63,960 bases of DNA, filler included, from Lama guanicoe (GCA_013239625.1; 80 parts of 79 records of this genome joined end to end with filler, not necessarily neighbours in it), one strand, 5' to 3'; shown: positions 24,588 through 37,378, counted from the first letter of the whole stretch. Program-made: numbers and translations. The notes: generated by a model from the sequence alone, not told the origin.

Positions 24588-25738
24588 ATCACATCTAGAC
24601 CAAAGACTACCATGCTGAACAAAGGTAAGCCTAGAACTCTGAGCTCCTGACTACTAGGCCACCTTGGATGAAAGGGTGACTCAAAACTGGTAAGAAATCT
24701 ATAGCAAAGGAAGTACCAAAACATGGAGGTTTGATAAATCAAAAACCAGACAAGCAATTCAGAATAANNNNNNNNNNNNNNNNNNNNNNNNNNNNNNNNN
24801 NNNNNNNNNNNTTAATTAATTAANNNNNNNNNNNNNNNNNNNNNNNNNNNNNNNNNNNNNNNNNNNNAAGAGACTTTTGACAGAATATCAAATGAGTTTT
24901 AAGTCCCTGTTTGGCATATGTGCCTCCGGCTTGGACCATGTGATGTACATTTTTTGGGATGAAGCACACCACTAACTTTTGGGGTCTCAGGGTGTTCCTT
25001 CGAGGGTTGAGGGAGAGAGACATTCACAACAGACAGCTTGTCATCACCATAACAGACGTGCCAATACAAAGCCCCAAAGTGCAAAAGAGGGACATGTGAG
25101 CCACACAGGAGTGAATAGGATGGTGTGAAAGGGAAGAAAGAAATTGAGTTGTCCAGCGAGGGTTTGTTGGAGCTGGAAGGTCACTCCCAGCTGGGAGGGC
25201 AGTCCAGGCAGGCTTTCTGAATGCAACGTGAGGTCCACTCAGAGCCACGTGTGTGTGCAGGGGACTCAGTGCAGCCATGCACATATCCCCGTCAGAACCC
25301 ACTGCCTCCAGAAAGCCCTCAGTTCACAACGTCATATACAAATGATTGTTCTCTTGGGTTTCTGAAAGTCCTAGATCTGGATGAAAGAAATCTCTGGATA
25401 TCAGAGAAAGTGAAATTTAGCTTGATCAGAATATTTGTGTGGCTAAAGTTTTCTTCTGCCCCGGTGATTTGAAAAGTACAGGCAGGATTTAGATCAGCTG
25501 AGCAGGTGCCTTGCCCTTTAGCATGAAGCAGGTTCTTTAGGGGAAGTCAGAAGTGGTCAGGAGACCCCCTCCGAGACCCCGTCCCCACACCCTGCTCCCT
25601 CCTGTCACCATGCCCACTGCCAGCTTAGCATCTCTATGNNNNNNNNNNNNNNNNNNNNNNNNNNNNNNNNNNNNNNNNNNNNTTAATTAATTAANNNNNN
25701 NNNNNNNNNNNNNNNNNNNNNNNNNNNNNNNNNNNNNN

Positions 25739-25990
25739 ATTGAGGAGCCATAGAAACACTTAATGTGATTTCTCAGTATGCTTCTTAATGTCAGTTTCAA
25801 GTTCATGCACTTTTCTCTGTAAAACGAGTTGGAGCTAGTACCTCCCCATATATATTTATGTCGTGTATTTTCCCACTGAAAAGAAACTGTGTGTTCCCAA
25901 CTAGCTAGGTGATTGACGGCTTTCACACACACTCAGCTGTCAGAATTGAGCATGTGGAGAGGCGTTCGTTCATCTAGCATAAATGGAATT
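25739..25990 (+). repeat. Diverged family B monomer at an array edge
   Basis: 'gagttggagctagtacctccccatatatat...gacggctttcacacacac...gagcatgtggagaggcgttcgttcatctagca', then non-satellite sequence to 26214. Confidence 0.88.
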
Positions 25991-26314
25991 TGAAAGCGAA
26001 GATAATGACCTATGTTGGTAGGAAAACAGTAAAGGGAGCATTAATTTTGGGCCTGTATAGTTATGGTCAGCATACATGACAGAATTTGATTTTCAGCAGA
26101 AGATTTCTTTTTTTAAAGCTTCAGAAAACTTAATTCTTTCCTGTAACTGGATATAGATAGTGAAAGTTTTAAAGTCTTTAAGTAACTGCTTTAAAGTAGA
26201 ATTGTTACTTTGCTNNNNNNNNNNNNNNNNNNNNNNNNNNNNNNNNNNNNNNNNNNNNTTAATTAATTAANNNNNNNNNNNNNNNNNNNNNNNNNNNNNN
26301 NNNNNNNNNNNNNN

Positions 26315-26917
26315 TAGTGTTCCTTTCAACATTGGGATGCATGTATCTTTTCAATGTTTTTTTCCTGGATACATACCCAAGAATGGAACTGTTGTATCAT
26401 ATGGTAGTTCTATTTTTAGCTTCTTGAGGAACCTCCATACTGTTTCCCATAGGGGCTGCACCAATTTACATTCCTAAAAACATTTATGAAGTTTCCCGTT
26501 TCTCCACATCCTGTCCAACATTTGTTATTTGTAGACTTTTTGATAAAGGCCATTCTGATAGGTGCGAGGTGATATCTCATGGTGGTTTTGATTTGCATTT
26601 GTCTGATGATTAACAGTGTTGAGCATCTGTTCATGTGCCTGTTGGCCATCTGAATATCTCCTTAGGAAAAATGTCTATTCTGGTCTCTTCCTGTTTTTAA
26701 TTAGGCTGTTTGTGCTTTTTAAAAAATTCTGAGTATTATGAGCTTTTTGTATATTTTGGATATTAACCCATTGTTGGTCATATCATTTGCAAATATTTTC
26801 TCCCATTTCATAGGCTGTCTTTTCATTTTGTCTGTCTGTGGTTTCCTTTGCTGGACAAAAGTGTTTAAGTTTGATTATGTTCCTTGTTTATTTTTACTTT
26901 TCTTTGTTTTGCCTTAG
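26315..26917 (-). mobile_element. LINE-1 ORF2 C-terminal region
   Basis: Translates as [45 protein letters not shown] (L1 ORF2 cysteine-rich region). Confidence 0.95.
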
Positions 26918-27017
26918 NNNNNNNNNNNNNNNNNNNNNNNNNNNNNNNNNNNNNNNNNNNNTTAATTAATTAANNNNNNNNNNNNNNNNNNNNNNNNNNN
27001 NNNNNNNNNNNNNNNNN

Positions 27018-27530
27018 CCTCTGACTTTAGTTTGCTTAACTTTCTGCTTCTACAAACTGAGATGAGACAGTTATCCACTGCAGTCTTGAAATGGGTGTTG
27101 TTGTGTGGGACCATCCCCATGCAAACTGCATGTGCCCAGGGCCTTTTGTGGGAGAGCTGGATTTGTTGTTGTTGCAACTCACCCCTTTCCTCAGGGTGTA
27201 TTGGTAGCTATCACCGTGGTAGGAGGTGGGGCTGGAGATGGAGGAGCTAGAGCTGGCACCAGATTTGAGGCAGGACTTCATCTTAGCTCAGTGGCCATCA
27301 GTGCCCTGTTAGGGGTGGGGTCTGCTCCCAAGTTGCTGGAGCAGAAGTCCCGAGAGTCAAGCTCAAGCTGGCTCTGTTCCTATAAGTGTGTTTTTTTCCC
27401 TCCTCCCTGAGCCGGCCCTTTGCCCCAGAGGAGTGGAGAGCCGAAGCAGATGTGGTCCGTATATGGACAGAGTTTCAGTGCACTGCCTGTGTAGGCATCT
27501 GCAACTCCACTCAGATATTTGATGCACCTT
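27018..27530 (-). mobile_element. Probable L1 5' UTR-type sequence of an older subfamily
   Basis: 'cctcagggtgtattggtagctatcacc...ggggctggagatggaggagctagagc...cccaagttgctggagcagaag' resembles laurasiatherian L1 5' regions as I recall them. Confidence 0.45.
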
Positions 27531-27652
27531 TGTTGTATTGCATTAAATTAAANNNNNNNNNNNNNNNNNNNNNNNNNNNNNNNNNNNNNNNNNNNNTTAA
27601 TTAATTAANNNNNNNNNNNNNNNNNNNNNNNNNNNNNNNNNNNNNNNNNNNN

Positions 27653-28600
27653 AAAAAAAAAAAAAAAGCACAAAATTAAAAGAGAAATAGACTCACAGAC
27701 ATAGAATACAATATTTTGGTTTGCCAAGGGTGTGGGGGGCGGGGAGAGATAGACTGGGAGGTCAAAATTGTAGAATAGATAAACAGGATTGTACTTTATA
27801 GCACAGGGAAATATATAAAAGTTCTTACGGCAGCTCAGAGAGGAAAAAATGGGAAAAAATGTGTATATGTTCATTGTAAATGAAAAAGTGTGCTCTACGC
27901 TTGAATTGGAGAGAACTTTGTAAAATGAATGTAAACCAATAGAAAAAAGTTAAAAAAGAAAAAAGCATGAGTCTAAATATTACAGATGAAAATAAATATA
28001 AATTTGAGAACAAAAAAACTATGCAAAAAAGTAGTAAAACCAAAAATTTTGTTTAATGTTTTCTTTTTAAGATAAGCAAAATCAAAAAACCTCCAGCCTG
28101 GTGTGTCATGAAGAAAAGAGAGATACTCCAAAGAAATAAAATATGAAATAAAAGAAGAGAAATAACAATTGTTAACTCAAATATACAAATAGGGTTCATT
28201 TTGTCAACAATTACATGCCAAAAAACTGGACAAATTAGAAAAAAATAGACAAATGTCTGGAAAGAGACCAAGAAAAGGAGAAACAAATAATTTGAAAAAA
28301 CTGTTTACTAGAGTAAAGATAGTATCTGCATTTAAAATTTTCATTAAATATCAGTGCAGATTTAAACAGCTCCCATGGAAAACTGTACAAAAATACAAAG
28401 CAGGACTCACACTCTTCAAACTATTCAAAAATAGTGAAGATGTGGGAAACTCCCAAATTAATTTATGAAGATTTCATCACCCTGAGATCAAAGCCAACAA
28501 ATAAGGTACGGGCAAAGGGAACTTCAAGCAAATATAACTGATTGAATTAAATGCAAAAATTCTACAAAATATTATTAGCAAAATAAATCCAGCAATACCT
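27653..28600 (+). mobile_element. Composite: lineage L1 3' end (27653-~27965) followed by decayed L1 ORF2
   Basis: UTR as at 17821, then ORF2 ending 'gcaaaaattctacaaaatattattagcaaaataaatccagcaatac'. Paralogous to 30754-31668 and 52277-52976. Confidence 0.9.
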
Positions 28601-28859
28601 NNNNNNNNNNNNNNNNNNNNNNNNNNNNNNNNNNNNNNNNNNNNTTAATTAATTAANNNNNNNNNNNNNNNNNNNNNNNNNNNNNNNNNNNNNNNNNNNN
28701 AAATATTAGACTTCTTATTTTGAGATGTAATGTAGATTCCCATGTGGTAATATGAGATTATATGGAGAGGGCATGTGGACACTTTGCCCAGTTTTCTTAA
28801 TGGTTCCATCTTGCAGTGTTGGGGTACAATTAATTACTGACTCACTAACAATTTGAGGT

Positions 28860-29095
28860 TTGTGTTATTGCCCTTATTTCTATTCATGATTAAACTGGGG
28901 CTTAGAGAAGCACACAGGCCTGCCCAGGTCACCCACATTGTTAGTGCAGAGTCGGGTGAACGTGATTTCCAGGCAGTACCATTATGATGGCTTGTGGCAG
29001 GGAGCAGCATTCACTTTGATTGTTTATTCATTCATTCAACAAACATTTATTGAGTAAACTCTGTGGGTCATATGCTGTCTTAGGGTTATCTGATT
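28860..29095. mobile_element. MIR fragment followed by an L2 tail
   Basis: 'aaactggggcttagagaag...ctgcccaggtcacccac' (MIR core); 'ttcattcattcaacaaacatttattgag' (antisense L2 3' end). Confidence 0.75.
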
Positions 29096-30753
29096 CTTCA
29101 GTAGTACTGAGAATAAGGTAATATTTATATTTTTAATCTGAGAAAATTAGCTCTGAGAGTTTATNNNNNNNNNNNNNNNNNNNNNNNNNNNNNNNNNNNN
29201 NNNNNNNNTTAATTAATTAANNNNNNNNNNNNNNNNNNNNNNNNNNNNNNNNNNNNNNNNNNNNGCTTTTCCTACCTGAGAAGATGTCATATTTTAAAGA
29301 AATAAAATAATGTAGTTTAAACATCACAGTCAACAAATCAGCTTCTTGAAATAAAATGGAAATTTTTAAAATAGAAATAAAACACATTTGAATGAATCTA
29401 TTCTGTGATAAAAGTATCACAAAAATTGGGCAAAGTGCTGCTTGTTTAAGGGAAGGTGTTGGAAAAACTGAANNNNNNNNNNNNNNNNNNNNNNNNNNNN
29501 NNNNNNNNNNNNNNNNNNNNNNNNNNNNNNNNNNNNNNNNNNNNNNNNNNNNNNNNNNNNNNNNNNNNNNNNNNNNNNNNNNNNNNNNNNNNNNNNNNNN
29601 NNNNNNNNNNNNNNNNNNNNNNNNNNNNNNNNNNNNNNNNNNNNNNNNNNNNNNNNNNNNNNNNNNNNNNNNNNNNNNNNNNNNNNNNNNNNNNNNNNNN
29701 NNNNNNNNNNNNNNNNNNNNNNNNNNNNNNNNNNNNNNNNNNNNNNNNNNNNNNNNNNNNNNNNNNNNNNNNNNNNNNNNNNNNNNNNNNNNNNNNNNNN
29801 NNNNNNNNNNNNNNNNNNNNNNNNNNNNNNNNNNNNNNNNNNNNNNNNNNNNNNNNNNNNNNNNNNNNNNNNNNNNNNNNNNNNNNNNNNNNNNNNNNNN
29901 NNNNNNNNNNNNNNNNNNNNNNNNNNNNNNNNNNNNNNNNNNNNNNNNNNNNNNNNNNNNNNNNNNNNNNNNNNNNNNNNNNNNNNNNNNNNNNNNNNNN
30001 NNNNNNNNNNNNNNNNTAGTGATTACTAAAAATAACAATGCAAATGTAGGATATGTGTAATACATACGATGCCATAATAGGTAGCAAAACAGATATGTAT
30101 TAACTAGAGGCCCTCAGAGCATTTTGATGAATCTTAAAACATGAAGTTGGGTAAAAACAAGAAGAAAAATAAAATGTCATTGTATTATCATTTCTCAATC
30201 CCATTTATGCATGTAAACAATGAAGATATGCAAGAAAAATACATTATACTTAAAAGGATACATAATATTCAACATATGTGTGTAGACACATATATTCAAT
30301 TATTCATGCCCAAAGCATTAGAATAACTCTGTTGGGGGAACTGGGGATATTGAAAGCATGTAGAAAGTGGAATTGGGAAATATGTACTTAATTCTTGTAC
30401 TACAAGTCTGCAATAGTGAGAGGAAAAACAAAAATACAGCTATTCTAACCTAATGGGTAAAACTTAAATCTTAACCTGTGATACACTGGTTTTATACTTT
30501 ACCTCCTACAATCCCTTTTCACAATCAAACTATTATTTATATAACAAATAAATGTTAATTTCCTGGATGCTGATGCCCAATATCTTGGGTATGTTTTCCT
30601 ATATTATCAAGATAATAAAGAAACCTAATTCATTGTGCTGTTTTAAAGATTACNNNNNNNNNNNNNNNNNNNNNNNNNNNNNNNNNNNNNNNNNNNNTTA
30701 ATTAATTAANNNNNNNNNNNNNNNNNNNNNNNNNNNNNNNNNNNNNNNNNNNN

Positions 30754-31668
30754 AATTTGGCTTTCATTTATTCACTTTTGCATATTATGTTGTCTGTGTT
30801 TGTAAGTAATGAAATTATTTATGTTGACATATATTTCCTGAATCCTACTTTGGTAAGAGGTTTCTGTTGTTGTTGTTGTTGTTGTTGTTCCCATTGTTGC
30901 TGTTTTAATGAATAAATGTTGAATTTTGTGAAATAATTTTTATGTGTTTATTGGGAGGACCATGCCATTTTCTCTATTCCTTTTGTTAATGTGGTGTATC
31001 AAACTGTTTGATTTGTGTATGTTGAACTACTCTTGTGACCCTGCAATGAATCCAAGTTGATCATGGTGTATTATTCATTTTTTGGTATTGCTGGATTTCG
31101 TTTGCTAATAATATTTTGTTGAATTTTTGCATCTAAATCTATCAAAGTTATTGACTACAAGTTCCCTTTGCCTGTAGTTTGTTTGTTGGCTTTGCTATCA
31201 GGGTGATGAAATCTTCATAGAATTATTTTGGGAGTTTCCCACATCTTAAATATTTTTGAATAGTTTGAACAGTATAAGTTCTTCTTTGTATTTTTGTACA
31301 ATTATCCACAGGATTTTTTTAAATCTGCACTTCTATTTAACGATTTTTTAAATGCAGATTCTTTCTTCTAGTAAACAATTTGTTCAAGTTATATGTTTCT
31401 CCTTATCTCTGTCTCTTTATAGACATTTGTCTATTTCTTCTAAGTTGTCCAGTTTATGCTAATGTAAGTGTTGTCAAAATAATCCCTTTTTTGTATATCT
31501 GAGGTAACCATTGTTATTTCTCTTCTTTTTTTTCTTACTTTATTCCTTTGCAGCATCTCTCTTTTCTTCAAGATGTACCTGGCTAGAGGTTTTCTGACTT
31601 TGCTTATCTTAAAAAAAAAATCTTTGGTTTTAATGCTCTTTTGCATAGTTTTCTTTTCCTCTCTAATG
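30754..31668 (-). mobile_element. Decayed L1 ORF2, paralogue of the amplified composite
   Basis: Antisense ORF2 with the same shortened 'aaagagacagagataaggagaaac' segment; (GTT)n at about 30865-30889. Confidence 0.9.
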
Positions 31669-31768
31669 NNNNNNNNNNNNNNNNNNNNNNNNNNNNNNNN
31701 NNNNNNNNNNNNTTAATTAATTAANNNNNNNNNNNNNNNNNNNNNNNNNNNNNNNNNNNNNNNNNNNN

Positions 31769-32294
31769 TAAAATACAGAATACTGAATATAGAATTTCAA
31801 ATATAGAATGTTGAACAGAGAATTTAGAATAAAGTGTATGGAATACTGAATATAGAATTTAGAATATAGAATATAGAACACAGAATAGAGAATATAGAAT
31901 ACGGAATGCAGAATATAGAATACAGAATACAGAATGTACAACACAGAATAGAATACAGAATACTGAGTATAGAATTTAGAATATAGTCTGAAGAACACAG
32001 AATATAGAATATAGACTATGGAATGCAGAATATAGAATAAAGAATATAGAATGATGAACACAAAATGTAGAATATAGAATAGAAAATATAGAACCCAGAA
32101 TTAAGAACATGGAATGTAGAACACAGAATTTAGAAATTAGAATAAATAATTCTGAATATCGAATTTAGAATATAGAATGTAGAACATACAAAATGGAATG
32201 TAGAGTACGGAACGCAGAATATTGAATACAGAATATAGAAAGTACAATTCAGAATATAGAATATAGAATTCGGAATGCAGAATATAGAATATAG
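31769..32294 (+). repeat. Heptamer satellite
   Basis: Tandem AGAATAT-type 7-mers. Confidence 0.95.
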
Positions 32295-32394
32295 NNNNNN
32301 NNNNNNNNNNNNNNNNNNNNNNNNNNNNNNNNNNNNNNTTAATTAATTAANNNNNNNNNNNNNNNNNNNNNNNNNNNNNNNNNNNNNNNNNNNN

Positions 32395-33240
32395 TTAAGG
32401 AAATTAAAGAGGACTTAAAGAAATGAAAAGATATCCCATGTTCTTGGATTGGAAAATTAATATTGTTAAAATGGCCATACTATCCAAAGCAATCTATAGA
32501 TTTAATGTGATCCCTATCAAAATATCCAGGACATTTTTCATAGAACTGGAACAAATAATCCTAAAATTTGTATGGAATAACGAAAGATCCATTATTGTCA
32601 AAGCAAAACTGAAGAAAAAGAATGAAGCTGGAGGAATAACCCAGTCAGATGTCAGACAATACTACAGAGCTACAGTAATCAAAACAGTAAGCATAGTATT
32701 GGTGTAAAAACAGACATATGGATCAATGGAACAGAATAGAGAGCCCAGAAATAAACCCACAAACTTTTGGTCAATTAATCTTTGACAAAGATGCAAGACC
32801 ATACAATGGAGTAAAGACATTCTCCTCAGCATATGGTGGTGGGGAAACTGGAGAGCTGCATGCAAATCAGTGAAGTTACAGCACTCCCTCCCTCACACCA
32901 TATACAAAAATAAACTCAAAATGGCTTAAAGACTTACATATAAGACAAGACACTATAAACCTCTTCGAACAAAACATAGGAAAAACATTATCTGACATAA
33001 ATCTCAGTAAAGTTCTCCTAGGGCAGTCTACCCAGGCAACAGAAAAAAAAGCAAATGTAAACAAATGGGACCTAATGAAACTTATAAGCTTTTGCACAGC
33101 AAAGGAAAGCATAAGTAAAACAAAAAAACAAAAACCTATGGAATCAGAGAAAATATTTGCAAAAGGTGAGACTGACAAGAGCTTAATTTTCAGAATATAT
33201 AAACATCTCATACAACACATAAAAAAACAAACAGCCCAAT
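32395..33240 (+). mobile_element. LINE-1 ORF2 (downstream of RT), frameshifted and cut off at the 3' side
   Basis: [23 protein letters not shown]...KKNEAGGIT and KLISFCTAKESI are L1 ORF2 motifs. Confidence 0.96.
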
Positions 33241-33471
33241 CCTTGCTTACTTTAAATAATATTTTATTACTTTCTGATTTGTTGAAGAGTAAGCTAAATT
33301 TACACTCAACAATAAATGGAAAGAAACAAACACCAATGTATTTGTTATTTTATATATATATATATATATATNNNNNNNNNNNNNNNNNNNNNNNNNNNNN
33401 NNNNNNNNNNNNNNNTTAATTAATTAANNNNNNNNNNNNNNNNNNNNNNNNNNNNNNNNNNNNNNNNNNNN

Positions 33472-33547
33472 AATTACTGGGGATTGAACCCAGGCCCTTG
33501 TGCATGCTAAGAACATGATCATTCACTTGAGCTATAGCCTCCCCCCT
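33472..33547 (-). mobile_element. Vic-1-type camelid SINE head (tRNA-Ala-derived)
   Basis: Reverse complement reads 'ggggaggctatagctcaagtg...ttagcatgcacaagggcctgggttcaatccccag', with A and B boxes. Confidence 0.8.
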
Positions 33548-33924
33548 AAGTTATCTTTAATGAGGTCTTTTTCTCTGTTTTGTTACTTTATGTACAGAAG
33601 CACAAAGCAGGGTCATCAGAAGCCTCTCAATCACAAAGATGGTAGTAGTGAAAAACATTGCACAGTGAATCCTTGGCATATGAAGAAAGATTGTAAAGTC
33701 CTGAATGAATTAAGAAGGTATTGTTACATTAACATACGTGTAAGCATGGCTCTCTTACCTTTATTTTTCACTTTATAATGAAGATAATCCCCAACCGTCA
33801 CGGTTGCTTTGTTTGATAGAGATAGAGAGCTTTGTTTGATAGAGGGAATATCTAAACCCTTTTCTGCAAGTTTTTTAAATAAGTAAGAGCAGTTAATTTA
33901 TCAGAAGTGTGAATGGTGTAATCT

Positions 33925-34210
33925 GGTCTGTGTAGTATGGCAGACACCAGCCACATGTGGCCATTGTGAATTGAGATGTTCTATAAGTGGAAAATACATA
34001 ATAGATTTTCAAGACTTTGTACAACAAAAATAATGTAAAATATTAATAAGTTTTTAAAGTGTCAATCACACTTTTGAAATGATAGTACATTGGATATTTT
34101 GGGATAAATGTAATTATTACTGGAATTAATTTCACTTATTGCTTTTTATTTTCTAAATGGAATTACTGGAAAATTGTGACTTGCACTATGTTTCTATTGA
34201 GAGTGCTGGC
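33925..34210. mobile_element. MER33-like hAT-Charlie relic
   Basis: 'agccacatgtggcc...gaattgagatgttctataagtggaaaatacat...tatgtttctattgagagtgctg'. Confidence 0.8.
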
Positions 34211-34254
34211 TTCTAACTTATTGCAAATAATATGAAAAGAAAACTTTGATTAAA

Positions 34255-34428
34255 AATTTTGTAATTGAGTCGTTGATTTACATCATATTAGTTTCAGGTG
34301 TACAAAATAGAGGCTCAACATTTTCATAGATTATATTCCATTTAAAGTCACCATAAAATAATGGCTATATTTCCCTGTGCTGTATGATACAGCCCTGTAA
34401 CCTATCCATTTTATACGTAGTACTTTTT
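34255..34428 (-). mobile_element. L1 3' terminus (continues in fragment 46584-47115)
   Basis: 'gttgatttacatcatattagtttcaggtgtacaa...ggctatatttccctgtgctgta'. Confidence 0.88.
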
Positions 34429-36289
34429 NNNNNNNNNNNNNNNNNNNNNNNNNNNNNNNNNNNNNNNNNNNNTTAATTAATTAANNNNNNNNNNNNNNNN
34501 NNNNNNNNNNNNNNNNNNNNNNNNNNNNTGAGAAATCTATGTATATGTGTGTGTGTATATACTTTATTGAAAAATAAGGCCATATTATATGTATTCTGCA
34601 GCTCGGTTTATTCACTCAAGTGTATATCATAGACGTCCTCCCACTCCAGACTCACCCGGTCCTTTCAGATAGAGTAGAGGGGTCTCCTGATGTGCAGGTT
34701 TGGTCTCTTATTTAAGGACAACTTTGGTGGGAGTGTACTGTGGACAAGGCCTTGGACCACGCCGAAACGCCGGCCCCTTAGTGCCCACAGCTCGCCTTCA
34801 TTTACGGCATCATTGTCTTGATGGTGGACATTTAAGTTTTCTCCAATTTCCACTGTCAGAAAGGATGTTTGACTGGCATCCTTCTTGTACAAACATTCCT
34901 GTGATCTTGTATAAGTATTCCTTTAGTTAAGGATTCTGAAAATTTAGTCCGTGGATGTGACAATTACATACATCACAGGCTCCTTTCAAGTGACTCAAGA
35001 AATTCCTTCTACAGTGGGGAATGAAAAGATGTAGAATTACTTATGTAACCAAGCTCTATCGCTGGATATGATTTCACTTCAGCTTTTCTTCCCACCATTG
35101 TATACAGTGCTGTGTAAATGCTCTGATGAGTACATCTTTTGAACTGATTTTGTTTCTATACGAAACGATTCGTAAAAGTGGAGTTGAGTCTATGTGTACA
35201 CACATTTTTCAGAGTTTACATATCCATTGACACGTCGTCCTNNNNNNNNNNNNNNNNNNNNNNNNNNNNNNNNNNNNNNNNNNNNTTAATTAATTAANNN
35301 NNNNNNNNNNNNNNNNNNNNNNNNNNNNNNNNNNNNNNNNNCATGAATTACGAGAACAAGCAACTGTTTAAATGCCATGGGCAAGTTTTTGTTATCACCC
35401 TGAAAACATCACTGATGCTCTAGGTAAGAAAAAGAATTGTTTTACTAACAAATCTAACTGACACAGGGGTTTTTCCAAGTGAAAATGTAATTCCAAAAAG
35501 TGCAGTAAAATGAGTTAAGATGATCTGTGCAGTGACGGAGCCGATCTTAGACTGACCAGCATCACGATTCCCGGTTTTACACTTGCTCTCTGCTCGTCAC
35601 CTCTGACACAAGAATGCATCATATGATTTTTTTTAAGAAAAAAAAGATAAATAAAATCTAACTACAATATATGGTATGAAAAGCGGTAATGAAGTTGTCT
35701 AACATAATAATGCAGCCAGTGTAATGTAGCACTTATTCGGGCACTAGAATTTTTTTAAATCATGATTTATTTTATATCCTATTTCTATCCTAAAGTAGAC
35801 ACTTAAAGTTTTCTACTTTATTCAACATATCTTGTGGGTGTTGTGNNNNNNNNNNNNNNNNNNNNNNNNNNNNNNNNNNNNNNNNNNNNTTAATTAATTA
35901 ANNNNNNNNNNNNNNNNNNNNNNNNNNNNNNNNNNNNNNNNNNNNGTGAAGGGCTAAGCATCCTCCCTGCCACACAACCCAGTAAGTGGTGGCAGCTACT
36001 AAGACGCCTGTGGGTAAGCGCACTCGGACGTCAGAGGCAGCTCCCACTGGGAGAGCCACGCGCTCACGCTCCAGGTGTCCACCCTGGGAAGGCTGGAGGA
36101 ACCCGAACTCACCGCAAAGCCATTCCCGCCTTTCTCAGATCCAGGGCAAGGCTCTGGCCTACGGGGATACAAAACCACGGAACCCTGAGGACACCAACTA
36201 CTGAAGAAGTACCAGGCCCACGGCTTGGAGGACAGTCCCCTCGCCCTGGCCAACTTCCCCACACCTCACCCTGACTGACAGAACCAGTC

Positions 36290-36744
36290 TGTTCCCGGGA
36301 AGCGCAGCCCTGCCTCCCGAGCCGGCGCCCAGCTGCATCCTGAGTCCGTCGTTGTGCAAATGAAGCTCCCGGGCAGACCGGGACCCTCCAGGCGACGGCG
36401 TCGCCGAGGGGACCCGCGGGAGTGCAGGGCCTTCGATGTGGGGACCCTGGCCTGCAGGCCTCGGGGCGCTGACTTCTGGAAGCGGGGACCCCGGGCGAGG
36501 GGGCTGGAGGATGGACGCAGTCCTCGTCGAGGGGTGGGATTACCCGGCTGCCATTGTCGCCTGGATGGTCCCTGCGGCGTCCCGGGCTGAGTCGGCGCAG
36601 GTCTCCCCCAGCCGCTGCCTTGGAAACCGGCGGAGCCCGGCGGGAAGGGTCGTCGGCCCCGCGTGGGGACGGGGAGGCCCGGCGGCCGCGGTGTTCTGAG
36701 GGCGAGCGGGGCCGGCGGGCCCGTGTCCGCGACGAGGAGGAGCC
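36290..36744. promoter_or_regulatory. CpG-island fragment (probable promoter or first-exon region of an unknown gene)
   Basis: Very GC-rich with dense CpGs ('ggcgacggcgtcgccg', 'ggcccggcggccgcgg'); no credible ORF. Confidence 0.6.
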
Positions 36745-37185
36745 NNNNNNNNNNNNNNNNNNNNNNNNNNNNNNNNNNNNNNNNNNNNTTAATTAATTAA
36801 NNNNNNNNNNNNNNNNNNNNNNNNNNNNNNNNNNNNNNNNNNNNATGAATCAAAATTTACGAATATGAATGCACGCGTCTGATTTCCGAATACGAGTGTG
36901 ATGAGTACATGCAAGCCGCGATACTGGGTCAATGCGTGCTGAATGATCCTTGATATCACCTTGAGTATTTACTTTTGAATAATCATGGTTCACTTTTTAT
37001 ATGTCAGCCAACCATACCATTTTGGTGCTTGTTTGTTGGTTTGATTCTTTGTTGGTCTACANNNNNNNNNNNNNNNNNNNNNNNNNNNNNNNNNNNNNNN
37101 NNNNNNNNNNNNNNNNNNNNNNNNNNNNNNNNNNNNNNNNNNNNNNNNNNNNNNNNNNNNNNNNNNNNNNNNNNNNNNNNNNNNT

Positions 37186-37378
37186 TCCCTCTCCTTAGGG
37201 TTTTGATGTCATCCTTGCCTTCTTCTTGTTTCTTCTTTGCCACTCATGCTCTTTTTGCATTTGCAATTATGGTCCTCTTCTTTCCATTTCATCTAGCTGC
37301 TTTTCTATTCAGGGGAGTATTCTCAACCATCTTTTTAGAAGAAGTTTTGAACTGCTGAATTCTTTTAAGATTTGCCGG
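37186..37378 (-). mobile_element. L1 fragment (ORF1 end / inter-ORF region)
   Basis: 'ttttctattcaggggagtattctcaaccatctttttagaagaagttttgaactgctgaattcttttaag'. Confidence 0.5.
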
